From an uncultured virus (IMG/VR IMGVR_UViG_3300042197_002672) (Duplodnaviria > Heunggongvirae > Uroviricota > Caudoviricetes): a stretch of DNA of 64,000 nt. The stretch is taken from IMG/VR virus record IMGVR_UViG_3300042197_002672. One strand, given 5' to 3'. The notes beneath the pieces are model-generated. The model saw only the letters and a program-made list of their open reading frames with translations. It made no database searches and was not told the origin of the DNA. This document shows positions 30,059 through 40,869 of the stretch, piece by piece. Made by a program: the position numbers and the translations under genes. Positions within the stretch are counted from its first letter, which is position 1. The number at the start of each line of letters is the position of its first letter.

Positions 30059-32941
30059 TTAGCTAAGTTCTTCGAAATTTGCACCCTGTGGTGTAATAGA
30101 GAAGTCTAGACCAATGAATTCGATAGCTTTGCTTGGTTTGATAAAGATTTTTCCATAAGCAACGTTGTTGTCAATGTTGTCTGGAGTATTTGTTGAAGCA
30201 TCAAATATGAGTTTGTAGTCTGAAATTCCGTTATCCACAAGAATTGTTCTTAGTATTGGATCTGCTTTTGCAACAAATCTATTCCATGTAACCTGTGCAT
30301 TTGGATCGAAGATTATTGTGTATGCTACATCAGCAATCAACCTCTCTATATGAATCATTGCTCGTCTTACATTGATTCTGTTTAGAGCAGAAGTTGTAGA
30401 GAGTAGAGTTTTCTGTCCCCATACAACTATTCCAGCTGTTGAAATATTTGCAATAGAATTGACCTTTACTTCGTACAGCTTGTCTCTGTCTGATTCTCGT
30501 AGTCTTTTAACTAGAGAAACAACATTTAGACCAGAACTTCCATTAGATACGTTACCTCTTGAGAATCCTGCTGGTGCATAATATGGTGCTGCTACAGCGT
30601 CATTATACGCAAGTGTGCCTACTGCAATTACGCTAGGTGGAACAGGAATGATGTTGTTAGTTATTGTATCTCTAATGTTTGCCCATGTTGAATATGCTGC
30701 ACCGTAAGATGTATTTAGATTTCTATCTTTCATAGAAGATACAGTAGTTGTTACTGCTATAGTTCTAGTTTCAAGGTTTGAAGAGTTTTCACTTCTTGGC
30801 AAGAAATCATTCTCACAATCTATGATTGCAATAGCATCACCTCTTTCTTCACAAACTGCTAGGAGTCTGTTTGTAAGAGTTGCATTTGTAACACCTGGAA
30901 CAGATATTACGTTAAATTGTACATCTTCCCTATCTCTACAGATATCTATAGCTCTCTTAATTGTATTAAATTCATAAGAATTCTTATCTGTCTTATTTGC
31001 AGTCTCGGTGTTTCTAAATGGTTCTATTTCTCTAATATCTAGACCGTCAAAGCCACCATTCATAACAGTTGTGAAGTTATTGAAGCCTGCATTTAGTACA
31101 GACTGATAAGAGCCACCTGCTGTTATTGAAGTCCCTAGCACTCTTGAACCTGAGAGATATTGCCCTTCAGTTGTTGAAGAGCCTAAATATTTTACGTCAT
31201 CTAGTGTAAAGTACCATGCATGTTCTGTTGCAGATGCGTCAGATGCAGCGAAAGAACTAACACCTGCTGCCAGACTTCTTACAACATCTTTTATTGATCT
31301 TGCGAATTTACCAGATGGAGTATCAGTATGCACACCAAAATAAGCATTTGATGGATTCGAAAGACTTCCAGTTGTAGTATCTGCTCTTAGTAGAGGTCTT
31401 GGGAAGATTACAGAACCAGTGAAATCACCAGTTCCGTTAGGCATCATATATACTGCTATATTTGAGTTACCAAGAGCCCCTGCAATTTGTGCGTTTCCTT
31501 TTACGAATGGTGCTGTTGATACAAGTGGAGACTTATATGTTCCAAATCCGCTTGAGCCAGATACGATTGCAAAAGATTTATAAGTAACTGGACCATATAC
31601 GCCAAATGGTAATGACTGTGGCACTATAGCCTTACTTACAACCTTATCAGCAACTTCAACCCTAACATACTTAGATCTGTTGTCAAATACTCCAATGTCC
31701 TTGTTTAGTCGTGATGAATGATCGAATGCAGTGTATTTATCACCTATTTTTGCACAGATGTAGTTATCTGCGTCATCTGGGTTTAAATTACATCCTACGA
31801 ACTGCTCAAGAACTTGTACGTTATCATCTGAATCATCAATTCTTCTGATAACAACATCAAATGTACCATATGGACTAAATTCAGAATTGTCTGATACTTT
31901 TATGTTTCTGATAGAAACCTTAATATTTGACTGATTCCATTCGCCACTGTCAAGAGCATGAAGTTTAAACAGCTTAGTCATGTTCTGTGGTTGGTAAGAA
32001 CCTGTTGATTCGCCCACATTGAAATCTTGAGAGAAAAACCATCCAGTTTGTGAATTGGTAAATTCAGTTCTTCGATCGCAGTGTTCTTCTCCTGTTGCAC
32101 TTGTATTGTGCTTTAATGCTAAAATGCATCCTACCCATTTAGTAGACGCTCTTAGAGGATCAAGTTCACTTGCTGCGTTTATATGGTCTTCAAAAGATTC
32201 GCCAAGGAAATATTTCTTTCTATCTGCAGATACATACAGAGATGAATTAAGTAGAGTTGGATTTGTACTAAATACTTTTCTTACAAACTTATCACTAGCC
32301 CTATCAAAATCAAATCTAGTATTTTCTATTTCTGTACCACTACCATCTTTTAGGATTATACGAAACTGTTTGTTTGCATCTGATTCAAACATGCCTGAAC
32401 TACCCATGCCAGTTGTTGTTGCTAGGTTCTTAGATGCATAAATATTCCCTGTTAATTCAAGAGAACCTTCTGTAAGATACCAAACAGCAGCAAGAGTTCC
32501 TGTACACTGAGAGGAACCTGATGGGAATACAAATAAACCATAAGCTCCACCAGTTGTTTGTGTTGCAGATACAGCCCCTACTTTCCAACCAGCCTCTCCT
32601 GAGTTAGCTGTTGCTTCTGAATGTTCAGTTCCGAGAAGTCTAACGAAAGTAAATGAATTAGACGATCTTAGGGCCGCTTGTGCAGCATATACGCCATATG
32701 TTGGTCCAACAATAACATTCTCTCTCCAGATATCACCATTTACAGTCTGTGCTGTTGGTTCTCCGAATGTTTCTACGAATTCAGAAAAAGATGATACTTT
32801 TACTGGCTTCATTGCAGGGCCTCTATTTGCTCTGCCTATAACTAATGTTCCTATATCTCCACCTACTGCGGTGAGTTGTGAATTGTCAATCTCTGCGATC
32901 TTTACGCTTGGAGATACAAATTTGAATTTTTTAACGGTCAT
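30059..32941 (-). CDS. Contractile tail sheath protein (gp18-like) with large insertion
   Basis: FVSPSV..EID, FGEP, PPS, APAGFSRG, VWGQKT, ALNRINVRR, EFIGLDF. Confidence 0.93.
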   Translation of the reverse strand: MTVKKFKFVSPSVKIAEIDNSQLTAVGGDIGTLVIGRANRGPAMKPVKVSSFSEFVETFGEPTAQTVNGDIWRENVIVGPTYGVYAAQAALRSSNSFTFVRLLGTEHSEATANSGEAGWKVGAVSATQTTGGAYGLFVFPSGSSQCTGTLAAVWYLTEGSLELTGNIYASKNLATTTGMGSSGMFESDANKQFRIILKDGSGTEIENTRFDFDRASDKFVRKVFSTNPTLLNSSLYVSADRKKYFLGESFEDHINAASELDPLRASTKWVGCILALKHNTSATGEEHCDRRTEFTNSQTGWFFSQDFNVGESTGSYQPQNMTKLFKLHALDSGEWNQSNIKVSIRNIKVSDNSEFSPYGTFDVVIRRIDDSDDNVQVLEQFVGCNLNPDDADNYICAKIGDKYTAFDHSSRLNKDIGVFDNRSKYVRVEVADKVVSKAIVPQSLPFGVYGPVTYKSFAIVSGSSGFGTYKSPLVSTAPFVKGNAQIAGALGNSNIAVYMMPNGTGDFTGSVIFPRPLLRADTTTGSLSNPSNAYFGVHTDTPSGKFARSIKDVVRSLAAGVSSFAASDASATEHAWYFTLDDVKYLGSSTTEGQYLSGSRVLGTSITAGGSYQSVLNAGFNNFTTVMNGGFDGLDIREIEPFRNTETANKTDKNSYEFNTIKRAIDICRDREDVQFNVISVPGVTNATLTNRLLAVCEERGDAIAIIDCENDFLPRSENSSNLETRTIAVTTTVSSMKDRNLNTSYGAAYSTWANIRDTITNNIIPVPPSVIAVGTLAYNDAVAAPYYAPAGFSRGNVSNGSSGLNVVSLVKRLRESDRDKLYEVKVNSIANISTAGIVVWGQKTLLSTTSALNRINVRRAMIHIERLIADVAYTIIFDPNAQVTWNRFVAKADPILRTILVDNGISDYKLIFDASTNTPDNIDNNVAYGKIFIKPSKAIEFIGLDFSITPQGANFEELS

Positions 32942-33010
32942 TTATTTTTTACTCCCAAACTCAAATTAATTAGTTAATATAATTATTGAATCAAAAAATA
33001 TATATTAAAA

Positions 33011-34891
33011 TTAAGATATAGTTCCTTTAAATATACCATATCTGGCTTGTCCGTTTATAGAAGAAAACCCACCACATAAATATATATTACCTTCATCTAT
33101 CAATATGTTGTATATTTGAAAATCAGAATCGTATTTATAAGTATTATCAAGTTGCATTGTCGTAGTGTTGTATGCAATAAAATTGCTTCTTGTCTTTCCT
33201 GTATTTGAATAACTAAAATCACCAACTACAAATATATCATTTCCGTAAAGTAAAGCATTTCTACTACCATTTCCAGAGGTATATGTATTTATTATATTTG
33301 GCAGTCCAGTTGTAAGATCTGTTTGGCATATAGTTTTTACAGAACTACCATTAAGTGTGGTATAATTTCCACCTACATAAACATAAGAACCAGATATCAA
33401 TAAAGGTCTTGCGGAAACTGATGCATTTGGATTCCAAGTTGCTAAAGAAAATGATGGCAAAGAGAATGCAGATAATCTATTTCTTGTTATCCCTCCTGCT
33501 GTTGTAAATGTCCCTCCGACATAATATGTAGAACCGTCTACTATTCCAGCCAATACAAGTCCGTTCATGTTTGGATTTGCAGCTTGCAAAGCCCCTGTTG
33601 TTTTATTCACAGATGCAATTCTGTTTCTCGTAGATCCTGAAACGGCTGTAAAACTTCCTGCTACGAAGACATCATCTCCATATACGGAAATTGAATTAAT
33701 TAAATTATTTGCATCTGGATTCCATGGGAGCAACTGTCCTGTTTCTGTATTGAATGCAGCTAAATTGTTTCTGATAGAACCTGATACAGATGAAAATCTA
33801 CCTCCGACATACATAGTTGTCCCTGATAGCGTTATAGCATTTACGTTACATATACCAGATGTTATAGTTATATCAGGATTTAGAGATAATAGTTTGCCAG
33901 TATATTTATTTATGGCTGCTAATCTATTTCTTTTCTCTCCATTTACATAAGTAAAAGAACCTCCTAAATAAAGAGTTGATCCAGATATGGCCATAGTAAT
34001 AGGTATTACATTATTACTGTTATTAAAATCGTCTATTTTTGCATCAAATATAACAATTGGATTTTGCTCGATATTAATCTTAAATTTAGAAGGGTTTGCT
34101 ATATATTCTTCAATACTTCCCTTTAAAACATATTCTTTTTTAAATTTAAACTCTAATGCCGTTTCTCTAATAAAGACGTTTGCAGTATCTGAGTTTTCTT
34201 TTTCTAAGATATACCCTTTTACTTTTATTTGCATTTTAGATTTAAACAATCTTTCTTCTGTTGAAAAGTCTGCAACATTACTTTCTTGAGAAAACTGTTC
34301 CTCTATAAAGAGTTCGTAAGACCATCCATTTCTTTCTTTTGAAAAATAATTTATATTACCATATTTTGTTATAAATGGTGATATAATTTGATTTAGTTGT
34401 TGGTGAAAGTTTGAAACAATAGTTATTTCATAAGAAACTTCTATAAACGAAGGTTGTGGGATACTTATTATTTGATATACATTATTTTTATCTTTATATT
34501 TTCTATTTGAAAACCCAGTATCATTGTATGAATTTTTGTTCATAAACTTAGAGTTAGTATATTGTGATATTTTTTGAGCTATTTCAATAGCCCCACCTGG
34601 TCTTGGCGGACCCCATTGATTTACAGCCATGTTTCCATCATGCTGATTTGGTTTTGATACAGTTTTCTTTTCTACAGAAACGATGGGATAATTTAAAGTT
34701 CCGTTTTGATCTCTTGCTTCAGGATTTTCTTTAGAGAATACAAAAGATTCAGGTGCAGCAAATATAATTGGAACTTTTCTCCAACCTGTTTGAGTGTCAG
34801 CAAATATATTTAGATCTTCATTTATCCAATCATAGATAACATAATCAAAATCTTCTATTTTTGGACAGTATACTGTAAGCTCTTCTTTCAT
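33011..34891 (-). CDS. Tail terminator (gp15-like) fused to a 7-repeat beta-propeller
   Basis: N-terminal KVPIIFA..YPIVS..IPQPSF..YEI..QLNQI; C-terminal seven xYxGGxF..G..R repeats. Confidence 0.7.
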   Translation of the reverse strand: MKEELTVYCPKIEDFDYVIYDWINEDLNIFADTQTGWRKVPIIFAAPESFVFSKENPEARDQNGTLNYPIVSVEKKTVSKPNQHDGNMAVNQWGPPRPGGAIEIAQKISQYTNSKFMNKNSYNDTGFSNRKYKDKNNVYQIISIPQPSFIEVSYEITIVSNFHQQLNQIISPFITKYGNINYFSKERNGWSYELFIEEQFSQESNVADFSTEERLFKSKMQIKVKGYILEKENSDTANVFIRETALEFKFKKEYVLKGSIEEYIANPSKFKINIEQNPIVIFDAKIDDFNNSNNVIPITMAISGSTLYLGGSFTYVNGEKRNRLAAINKYTGKLLSLNPDITITSGICNVNAITLSGTTMYVGGRFSSVSGSIRNNLAAFNTETGQLLPWNPDANNLINSISVYGDDVFVAGSFTAVSGSTRNRIASVNKTTGALQAANPNMNGLVLAGIVDGSTYYVGGTFTTAGGITRNRLSAFSLPSFSLATWNPNASVSARPLLISGSYVYVGGNYTTLNGSSVKTICQTDLTTGLPNIINTYTSGNGSRNALLYGNDIFVVGDFSYSNTGKTRSNFIAYNTTTMQLDNTYKYDSDFQIYNILIDEGNIYLCGGFSSINGQARYGIFKGTIS

Positions 34892-35370
34892 TTAAGGTTT
34901 ATCCCATTTCTTATTTTAATACATTCTGCTTTTACTTGAACTTTAAAATCAATTTGATCAAATAATCTATCTGGCTCTGTTACTTTTCTTATTTCATGAT
35001 ATTCATTATTATAAAAAACAACATCACCTTCTCTTACAAATAATTCTTGATCTTCTTTCACTCTTTTGCTATGAAAATATACCGTTATTTTTGATTTTCT
35101 ATCAATACCTATTGAAGTTGTTTTTACATCATCATCATCAAAATCAACAAGAGCATATATTCTAATACCTGGTAGATACACTTTGTTTATACTTTCTTTA
35201 TATAAAGGATGTATGTAGGTTGATTCTAAATCAACTGGAAAATACATGATTTGTTGCCCAATTACCCTTTCTAAAACTTCATCAGTTATCTGTTTCTGAA
35301 AATCTCTTTCAGGTTTGTTTAGAAATGTTGGTGGTGGTGGACTACTATTTCTTGACCAGTCATTGCTCAT
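34888..35370 (-). CDS. Head closure / neck protein (gp14-like)
   Basis: HPLYKES, VREGDVVFY..YHEI; neck-module position. Confidence 0.7.
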   Translation of the reverse strand: MSNDWSRNSSPPPPTFLNKPERDFQKQITDEVLERVIGQQIMYFPVDLESTYIHPLYKESINKVYLPGIRIYALVDFDDDDVKTTSIGIDRKSKITVYFHSKRVKEDQELFVREGDVVFYNNEYHEIRKVTEPDRLFDQIDFKVQVKAECIKIRNGINLK

Positions 35371-35390
35371 TGTTTATATATCCTTCTGTA

Positions 35391-36998
35391 TTATGGGTTC
35401 CAATCTACATCATCGACAAAACTTCTTCCTTTTAGATTTGGTTCTCCTACATATTGATAATCATTTTCTATTTTTGATCTAAAATCATTTAATATTTTTT
35501 GCTCTAAAATATCTAGATTTTTATTTAATTTTTCAATATCATATATTTTTTTACTTGTGTCTGATAATTTATCGCTACCACCCTTATCATACTTTTGTTT
35601 TATATATTTAGCACATTTTTTATAATGTTCTTTTTTTGCACTAATCATACCGTAAGCAATATTTATGAAATTATCTTTCACTTCTTTTGTTGTTAAAATA
35701 TCTCCATTTTGTCCATATATTTTGTTATTTTTAAATACTTTTTCCATTTTGTTTTGAGTAGCTATTGTTTTAAATTTAATTTCAAGATTTTTTAAAAATG
35801 AAGGGCTGATTTCTTCAAATTTTTCTGTTATTAAACTTATAAAATGATCTATCATAGATTTTTTCTTAAATTCATTTAACTCTTTAGCTAAAGATTTTGC
35901 TTTAGACTTATTTCCATTTTCTGTTTCTTGTTTTATATCTCCTGTTAAGTTTTTAATTTTTTCTTTTTTAAAGTTTTTTGTTTCAAACATATATTGTTCA
36001 GCATGGGCCTCAACCTCTTCTGGGTTTAAATAATAAGTGGCATAAGATTTAGCAACTATATCTAATTCTTTTTTTGTAGGAACTGGAAAATGTTTTAAAA
36101 TAGAATTTATACTATAAAGTTGCACTTCTGGTGCGGTATCTGGATCAAAACGTTTTATTACTTCGGAAATATCTCGTGTATCAAAATCATACATAGCTAG
36201 TATTTTTACAGATTGTCTTGCAGCACCAGCATCAATCATATTTTTCGTTATATTTTGATGTGCGTGTTTTGTTTCATGAAGAAGTACGCTATATACTAAT
36301 TGTCTTATTTTTGGAAAAATAGATTTATTTATAGAAAATTCCATTGGTTTTGTTTCTACAAATATTTGATTACCGTCTATGAATATATTACATTCTATGT
36401 TGTGTTTTATAGGATATTTATGTTTATTTTGTTTTTCAAATTCATCCATTTTTGTTTGGATAATTTTTTTAATTTTTGATACATACATAGGATCGCTTAA
36501 CCAGTCATCTAACTGAAATAATTCTTGCTGTTTAGTCGTATCAAAATAAGTCATATTTTTGGCAGAATCTACACCCTCTAAACGTAATTCTTCATGTCTA
36601 GCTCTCTTTTTATCTTCTTCGTCAAGGATATCTTTCTTTATTTTATAAAGATCATCACGGAGGCCGATACGCTGCCCTCCAAAAGATGCACTAGCGTTAA
36701 ACTGTGATGCCAATTCAATACGGACTTCAATATCATTTATTTTCAGAGCATTCCATCTTTTTTCTGCACCTGGTATCATCCATTTATATCCTGGTTTTGA
36801 AAGATCTATTTTGAATGGATATATTTTAAAAAGTACATCTGTATGAATCAGCGCATCCCTTTTTGATATACCTGAAAATTTTGGTAATATCGCTTTTAAT
36901 GTTGTAAAAATCATCTTTGAAAAGAGGTGCGACATCTCTAAAACGAAAGGATCTTCCTTCGTGCCTTCTGTTAGTAAGTTACGATTTAAATTTATCAT
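35391..36998 (-). CDS. Zincin-like metallopeptidase-domain protein
   Basis: LLHETKHAHQ followed by YYLNPEEVEAH; N-terminal LLTE leader. Confidence 0.65.
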   Translation of the reverse strand: MINLNRNLLTEGTKEDPFVLEMSHLFSKMIFTTLKAILPKFSGISKRDALIHTDVLFKIYPFKIDLSKPGYKWMIPGAEKRWNALKINDIEVRIELASQFNASASFGGQRIGLRDDLYKIKKDILDEEDKKRARHEELRLEGVDSAKNMTYFDTTKQQELFQLDDWLSDPMYVSKIKKIIQTKMDEFEKQNKHKYPIKHNIECNIFIDGNQIFVETKPMEFSINKSIFPKIRQLVYSVLLHETKHAHQNITKNMIDAGAARQSVKILAMYDFDTRDISEVIKRFDPDTAPEVQLYSINSILKHFPVPTKKELDIVAKSYATYYLNPEEVEAHAEQYMFETKNFKKEKIKNLTGDIKQETENGNKSKAKSLAKELNEFKKKSMIDHFISLITEKFEEISPSFLKNLEIKFKTIATQNKMEKVFKNNKIYGQNGDILTTKEVKDNFINIAYGMISAKKEHYKKCAKYIKQKYDKGGSDKLSDTSKKIYDIEKLNKNLDILEQKILNDFRSKIENDYQYVGEPNLKGRSFVDDVDWNP

Positions 36999-37010
36999 CT
37001 ATATGCTTCC

Positions 37011-38234
37011 TTATTTTAAGTATATTGGCAATGGAATCTTAGACAGGAGATCTTGAGAATTGTCTGCCATTTCTTTTCTTTGTTTGGCCAATTCTGAATA
37101 TTTCAACTGTTCTAAGTCATCCATTAACATCTTAACAAGATCTTCTTTCATTTTGTCAGATCTTGATCTTAAATCTGCTGCGTTCAAATTTACTTGTTGT
37201 TTAGGTAATGGTATTGAACCATATTTACCTCTAACAAATGATAATGTCTCCATGCAGTTAGCAAGACAATATTCTCTTATAAAATGTTTACCCATAGAGT
37301 TTATATTTTCGTATGGTATATTTGCAAATGGTAATGTATTTACGTTGTTTACACCATTGACTTCATTGCTATTATTTGTTCCACCTTGAAATGGATCTGT
37401 TTTTACAGAAAATCTAAACCACATTTTCTTTGGAGAGCCCATGGTTGGAATAGGAAAAATTCTTATATTGTTATTAATAATCTCATATGAATAATGAGAA
37501 GTTCTTGTCCACAATGCATCTTCAAAAGCTGCTGCCTGAAGTTTTGTTTGGAAAACAGGTGCTAAGAAGAATGTACTATCATTAGCATACTGTCCATATG
37601 CACCCCATGCTCCAATTACGTTAAACTGACCGTAATACCCAAAGAATCTCCACATGGATTGTGGTGTTCTATAAAATACATCTCTAACTATAATTCTTTT
37701 ATCACCAACAACACCTGAGAATTCTGTTGATGAACTCATGATTGATTGTAGGTTATAATCTTGTATACCTGGTGTTATCTGGAAGCTTGCTGAGTATATT
37801 GGTAGGGTTCCGCCATATCCACCTTCGTTCGCAAAACCTTCTGCCATCGTTCTTGCAAAACCAAGTGAGAAATTTGGATATTTCAGTGAAGCATTTTGTC
37901 CAGATGTTAGTTCTCCGTCTTGATTAAAAGAACCTGTTGCTGCTCCTAATGCAGATAGGAGGATATTTTTTGCTTGATGTGTATTTATTATTTTAGAATA
38001 AGTTAAAACAGCATCTTCGTATGCGTTATATACGTTACTTGTCTCTAACTCTATATCTAGGATGTTGCCGCCTAATTTCTGGTAAACATAACTAACAGCA
38101 TCAACACATCCAGATACGAATGCCTGTGATGTATATACTCCGAATGCCAACGAAGATAATACTTCACCATGTGAACCTGTAGATGGTAATATTTTTGCAC
38201 TTAATTGTGATACTGGTTGTAGATTTGGTGGCAT
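37011..38234 (-). CDS. Neck / head-tail adaptor protein (gp13-like)
   Basis: KLGGNILDIEL, FIREYCLA, VRGKYGSIPLP, PLPIY. Confidence 0.8.
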   Translation of the reverse strand: MPPNLQPVSQLSAKILPSTGSHGEVLSSLAFGVYTSQAFVSGCVDAVSYVYQKLGGNILDIELETSNVYNAYEDAVLTYSKIINTHQAKNILLSALGAATGSFNQDGELTSGQNASLKYPNFSLGFARTMAEGFANEGGYGGTLPIYSASFQITPGIQDYNLQSIMSSSTEFSGVVGDKRIIVRDVFYRTPQSMWRFFGYYGQFNVIGAWGAYGQYANDSTFFLAPVFQTKLQAAAFEDALWTRTSHYSYEIINNNIRIFPIPTMGSPKKMWFRFSVKTDPFQGGTNNSNEVNGVNNVNTLPFANIPYENINSMGKHFIREYCLANCMETLSFVRGKYGSIPLPKQQVNLNAADLRSRSDKMKEDLVKMLMDDLEQLKYSELAKQRKEMADNSQDLLSKIPLPIYLK

Positions 38235-38325
38235 TTATGTTTCCTCTAGATTAATTAGATAATTATTTTGTATTGATAAAATAAACATAATTATATATAG
38301 ATATAGCTATATAGAGGATTGTAAA

Positions 38326-39372
38326 ATGAAAATTAGATTAGTGTTAAATGAGGCGTTTCAAAAAGGGTACAGCGTTAGACAGATAACAAAAGATATATCT
38401 AGAGACACACTTAAATCTTTTAAAGATTATATAAATAGTGAAGATTTTAAATCTTTTTTAGAAGATTCATCTTTATATGAGATAAAAAAATATAAATTTG
38501 TTTTTAGCAACAAATTTAAACCTTTTTCTGATTTTTGGAACATTAACCCAGAACTTTCTAAGAAAACAGAAGAAAAATTTTCTAACACTGATTTATCAGT
38601 TAAAGCTCAATTTGTAATTAAAAAACACAATAAAAATGTTTTTTTTACTAGCGGTCTTGTGATGTGGGGCCTGGACGATCCAACAACCTTATTTTGCACT
38701 ATTGAATGCGAAATTTTTATTGATAGGTCTATGAATCAACAAGAAATAATAAATGATTTTAAATCAGATTATGAAAAAATAAAAAAACAAATATACGAAA
38801 CCGTCACTCATGAAATCCAACATTTAGTTCAACATAACCTTAAACAAATTGATAAAAATAAACTAGAAAAATATAAAACAAGTTTATCTACATCAAATCC
38901 AAAAAGAAGTAAGTATAAATTAAAAAAATATAAAGGTAAATTAAAAAAATACAAAGAAGGCGTACCTATTAACAAAATAATGCCTATAACTTATGATAAA
39001 AATCAAATTTCTGATGTTGAGAAGCGAATAATTAAAGATTATGTTTTGTCAGATAAATATCATGGGAAGTTAGATATTGAAGAAATTGAGGCATACGCAA
39101 AAGGAATATATTCTTTATATAAAGAAGAGAGCAAGGAATACAGAGAAAAAAAATATTTTTCTAGCGAAATAAATATACCGTATTTTGTTTCAAACTATAT
39201 TCAAAAACATACACCTCGTCGTGGTTTTGAAGAAATATATTTCTATGTATTCCTATGTAGATACATTTATCACACATACCCAGAAGCAAACATATCAATC
39301 AAAGATTTTGATAGAAACTTTGAGATATTAAAAAATAAGTATGGCTACACCGGAAAGAAGATATCCCTATAA
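38326..39372 (+). CDS. Zincin-like metallopeptidase-domain protein
   Basis: VTHEIQHLVQ followed by EEIEAYA; N-terminal KIRLVLNE leader. Confidence 0.65.
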   Translation: MKIRLVLNEAFQKGYSVRQITKDISRDTLKSFKDYINSEDFKSFLEDSSLYEIKKYKFVFSNKFKPFSDFWNINPELSKKTEEKFSNTDLSVKAQFVIKKHNKNVFFTSGLVMWGLDDPTTLFCTIECEIFIDRSMNQQEIINDFKSDYEKIKKQIYETVTHEIQHLVQHNLKQIDKNKLEKYKTSLSTSNPKRSKYKLKKYKGKLKKYKEGVPINKIMPITYDKNQISDVEKRIIKDYVLSDKYHGKLDIEEIEAYAKGIYSLYKEESKEYREKKYFSSEINIPYFVSNYIQKHTPRRGFEEIYFYVFLCRYIYHTYPEANISIKDFDRNFEILKNKYGYTGKKISL

Positions 39373-40815
39373 TATATCTTTGATATAGATTTTAGATCCA
39401 CATCCATATATTTTACACATACCAATATCTTCAGATTTAGAAGATTCTTTCATAGAATGATCTGATGCTAATTTCATTCTATTCAATCTAATTTTTCCAT
39501 CTGTATACCAATAGTCCACACCTGTATGTCCACAATCTTTAAATCCTGAAATCTTATATACCTCTCCATTGCCAAATCTTAAATCACAATAAGAAAGTAA
39601 TTTGTTAAATTTTTCTTTATTTTTAAGTATATCTATACTGTTATTAAGTAATTTTTGAAAGCCACCTGGAATATTATGATTTAATAGGTTTGCAAATCTT
39701 GCAATCTCTATATGGGAAGAGTATTTCTTTGTATGCCTTGGTTTTCTAAAGCTTATACAAGCTACTAATTTTTCTTGATAGTATAACCCAAAGTTATATT
39801 TATAATAATCTCCACCCGAGATATGGTTTTTTTCATAGAATGTCTTTGCTTCATTTGATTCAATCTGTTGAAACGTGCATTTCCTTGCAAAGATTATATA
39901 TTCTGACATATTTAATCTACTTAAAATCATAGATTTAACTATTTCTTGTTTTTCAATCCATTCATCTGAGAATATATGGAATAATTTTATACCTTTTTTG
40001 TTGCACTCTAATGTCTTATTGTAATGGTAATCTTTGTGTAGAACATCTTCTTTGTGCCAAAACAAACCGTTATACTCTATTGCGAATTTTTTATCAGGCA
40101 GATATATATCTAACTCTTTGGGTGCTATGACATCTCTTGTGTTTGATATAACTTTTCCATCATACACAGAATTTACAAATTCACATATTTCTTTTTCTTG
40201 ATTTGATACACCCAAGAACAGGCATTTAGGACAACCTTTACCTATTAGATGAGAATCAGGTCTCTGCTCGAATGGTTCTTTGCATTTTTTGCAGATTATT
40301 TTAACTTTAGTTTTATTATTTACATAAACAACATTTGTATAATCGTATATTTCTTGATGAAGTTTTGACGCTTTTGATATAAATTCTTCAATACTAGAAG
40401 CATTTTCTTTTTGTTTATCTTCGTGAGAACATTTAATGCAATCTTGCCCAATTAAATGCTTTGCTGCGACCTGTTGAAAGTCACCATGATTAGGGCATGT
40501 TATGATTACTTTGTTTGTGCTTTTTGTGTATGATGTTTTTTCGTAAGAAAATTTATTTCCATGAACATCTTTAGCTTTAGATACGAAAGAATTGGTATCT
40601 AATGGTTTATTTAAAGATTGACAATAGGGACATCTATAATTTGATGATTTGAGTTTATCTGCTGTTTTATAAAACTGTTTATTGCACAAAGTACACTTTA
40701 TATGCAAAGATCTGTAGTCATATTTTTCAGACAACAAAATCTTGTCAAACTTTTCAAGCTGTTTTGCTATTTTTTCTAGCTTGTCCATCATGTTAAATCT
40801 AAATACGGTGTGCAA
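39367..40815 (-). CDS. Free-standing homing-type endonuclease (Hef/Vsr-like) with zinc-binding repeats
   Basis: CxxC and CPNHGDF repeats; ELDIYLP..AIEYNGLFWH; IFSDEW; ARKC; ATG likely at 40791. Confidence 0.75.
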   Translation of the reverse strand: MHTVFRFNMMDKLEKIAKQLEKFDKILLSEKYDYRSLHIKCTLCNKQFYKTADKLKSSNYRCPYCQSLNKPLDTNSFVSKAKDVHGNKFSYEKTSYTKSTNKVIITCPNHGDFQQVAAKHLIGQDCIKCSHEDKQKENASSIEEFISKASKLHQEIYDYTNVVYVNNKTKVKIICKKCKEPFEQRPDSHLIGKGCPKCLFLGVSNQEKEICEFVNSVYDGKVISNTRDVIAPKELDIYLPDKKFAIEYNGLFWHKEDVLHKDYHYNKTLECNKKGIKLFHIFSDEWIEKQEIVKSMILSRLNMSEYIIFARKCTFQQIESNEAKTFYEKNHISGGDYYKYNFGLYYQEKLVACISFRKPRHTKKYSSHIEIARFANLLNHNIPGGFQKLLNNSIDILKNKEKFNKLLSYCDLRFGNGEVYKISGFKDCGHTGVDYWYTDGKIRLNRMKLASDHSMKESSKSEDIGMCKIYGCGSKIYIKDIL

Positions 40816-40851
40816 AAAAACAAGAAGCCCGCTTTTTAGGGCGGGCTTTTT
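40814..40851 (-). terminator. Intrinsic terminator after the major capsid gene
   Basis: AAGCCCGC/GCGGGCTT stem with T tracts on both strands. Confidence 0.8.
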
Positions 40852-40869
40852 GCTATCTAGCTGTTTTTA

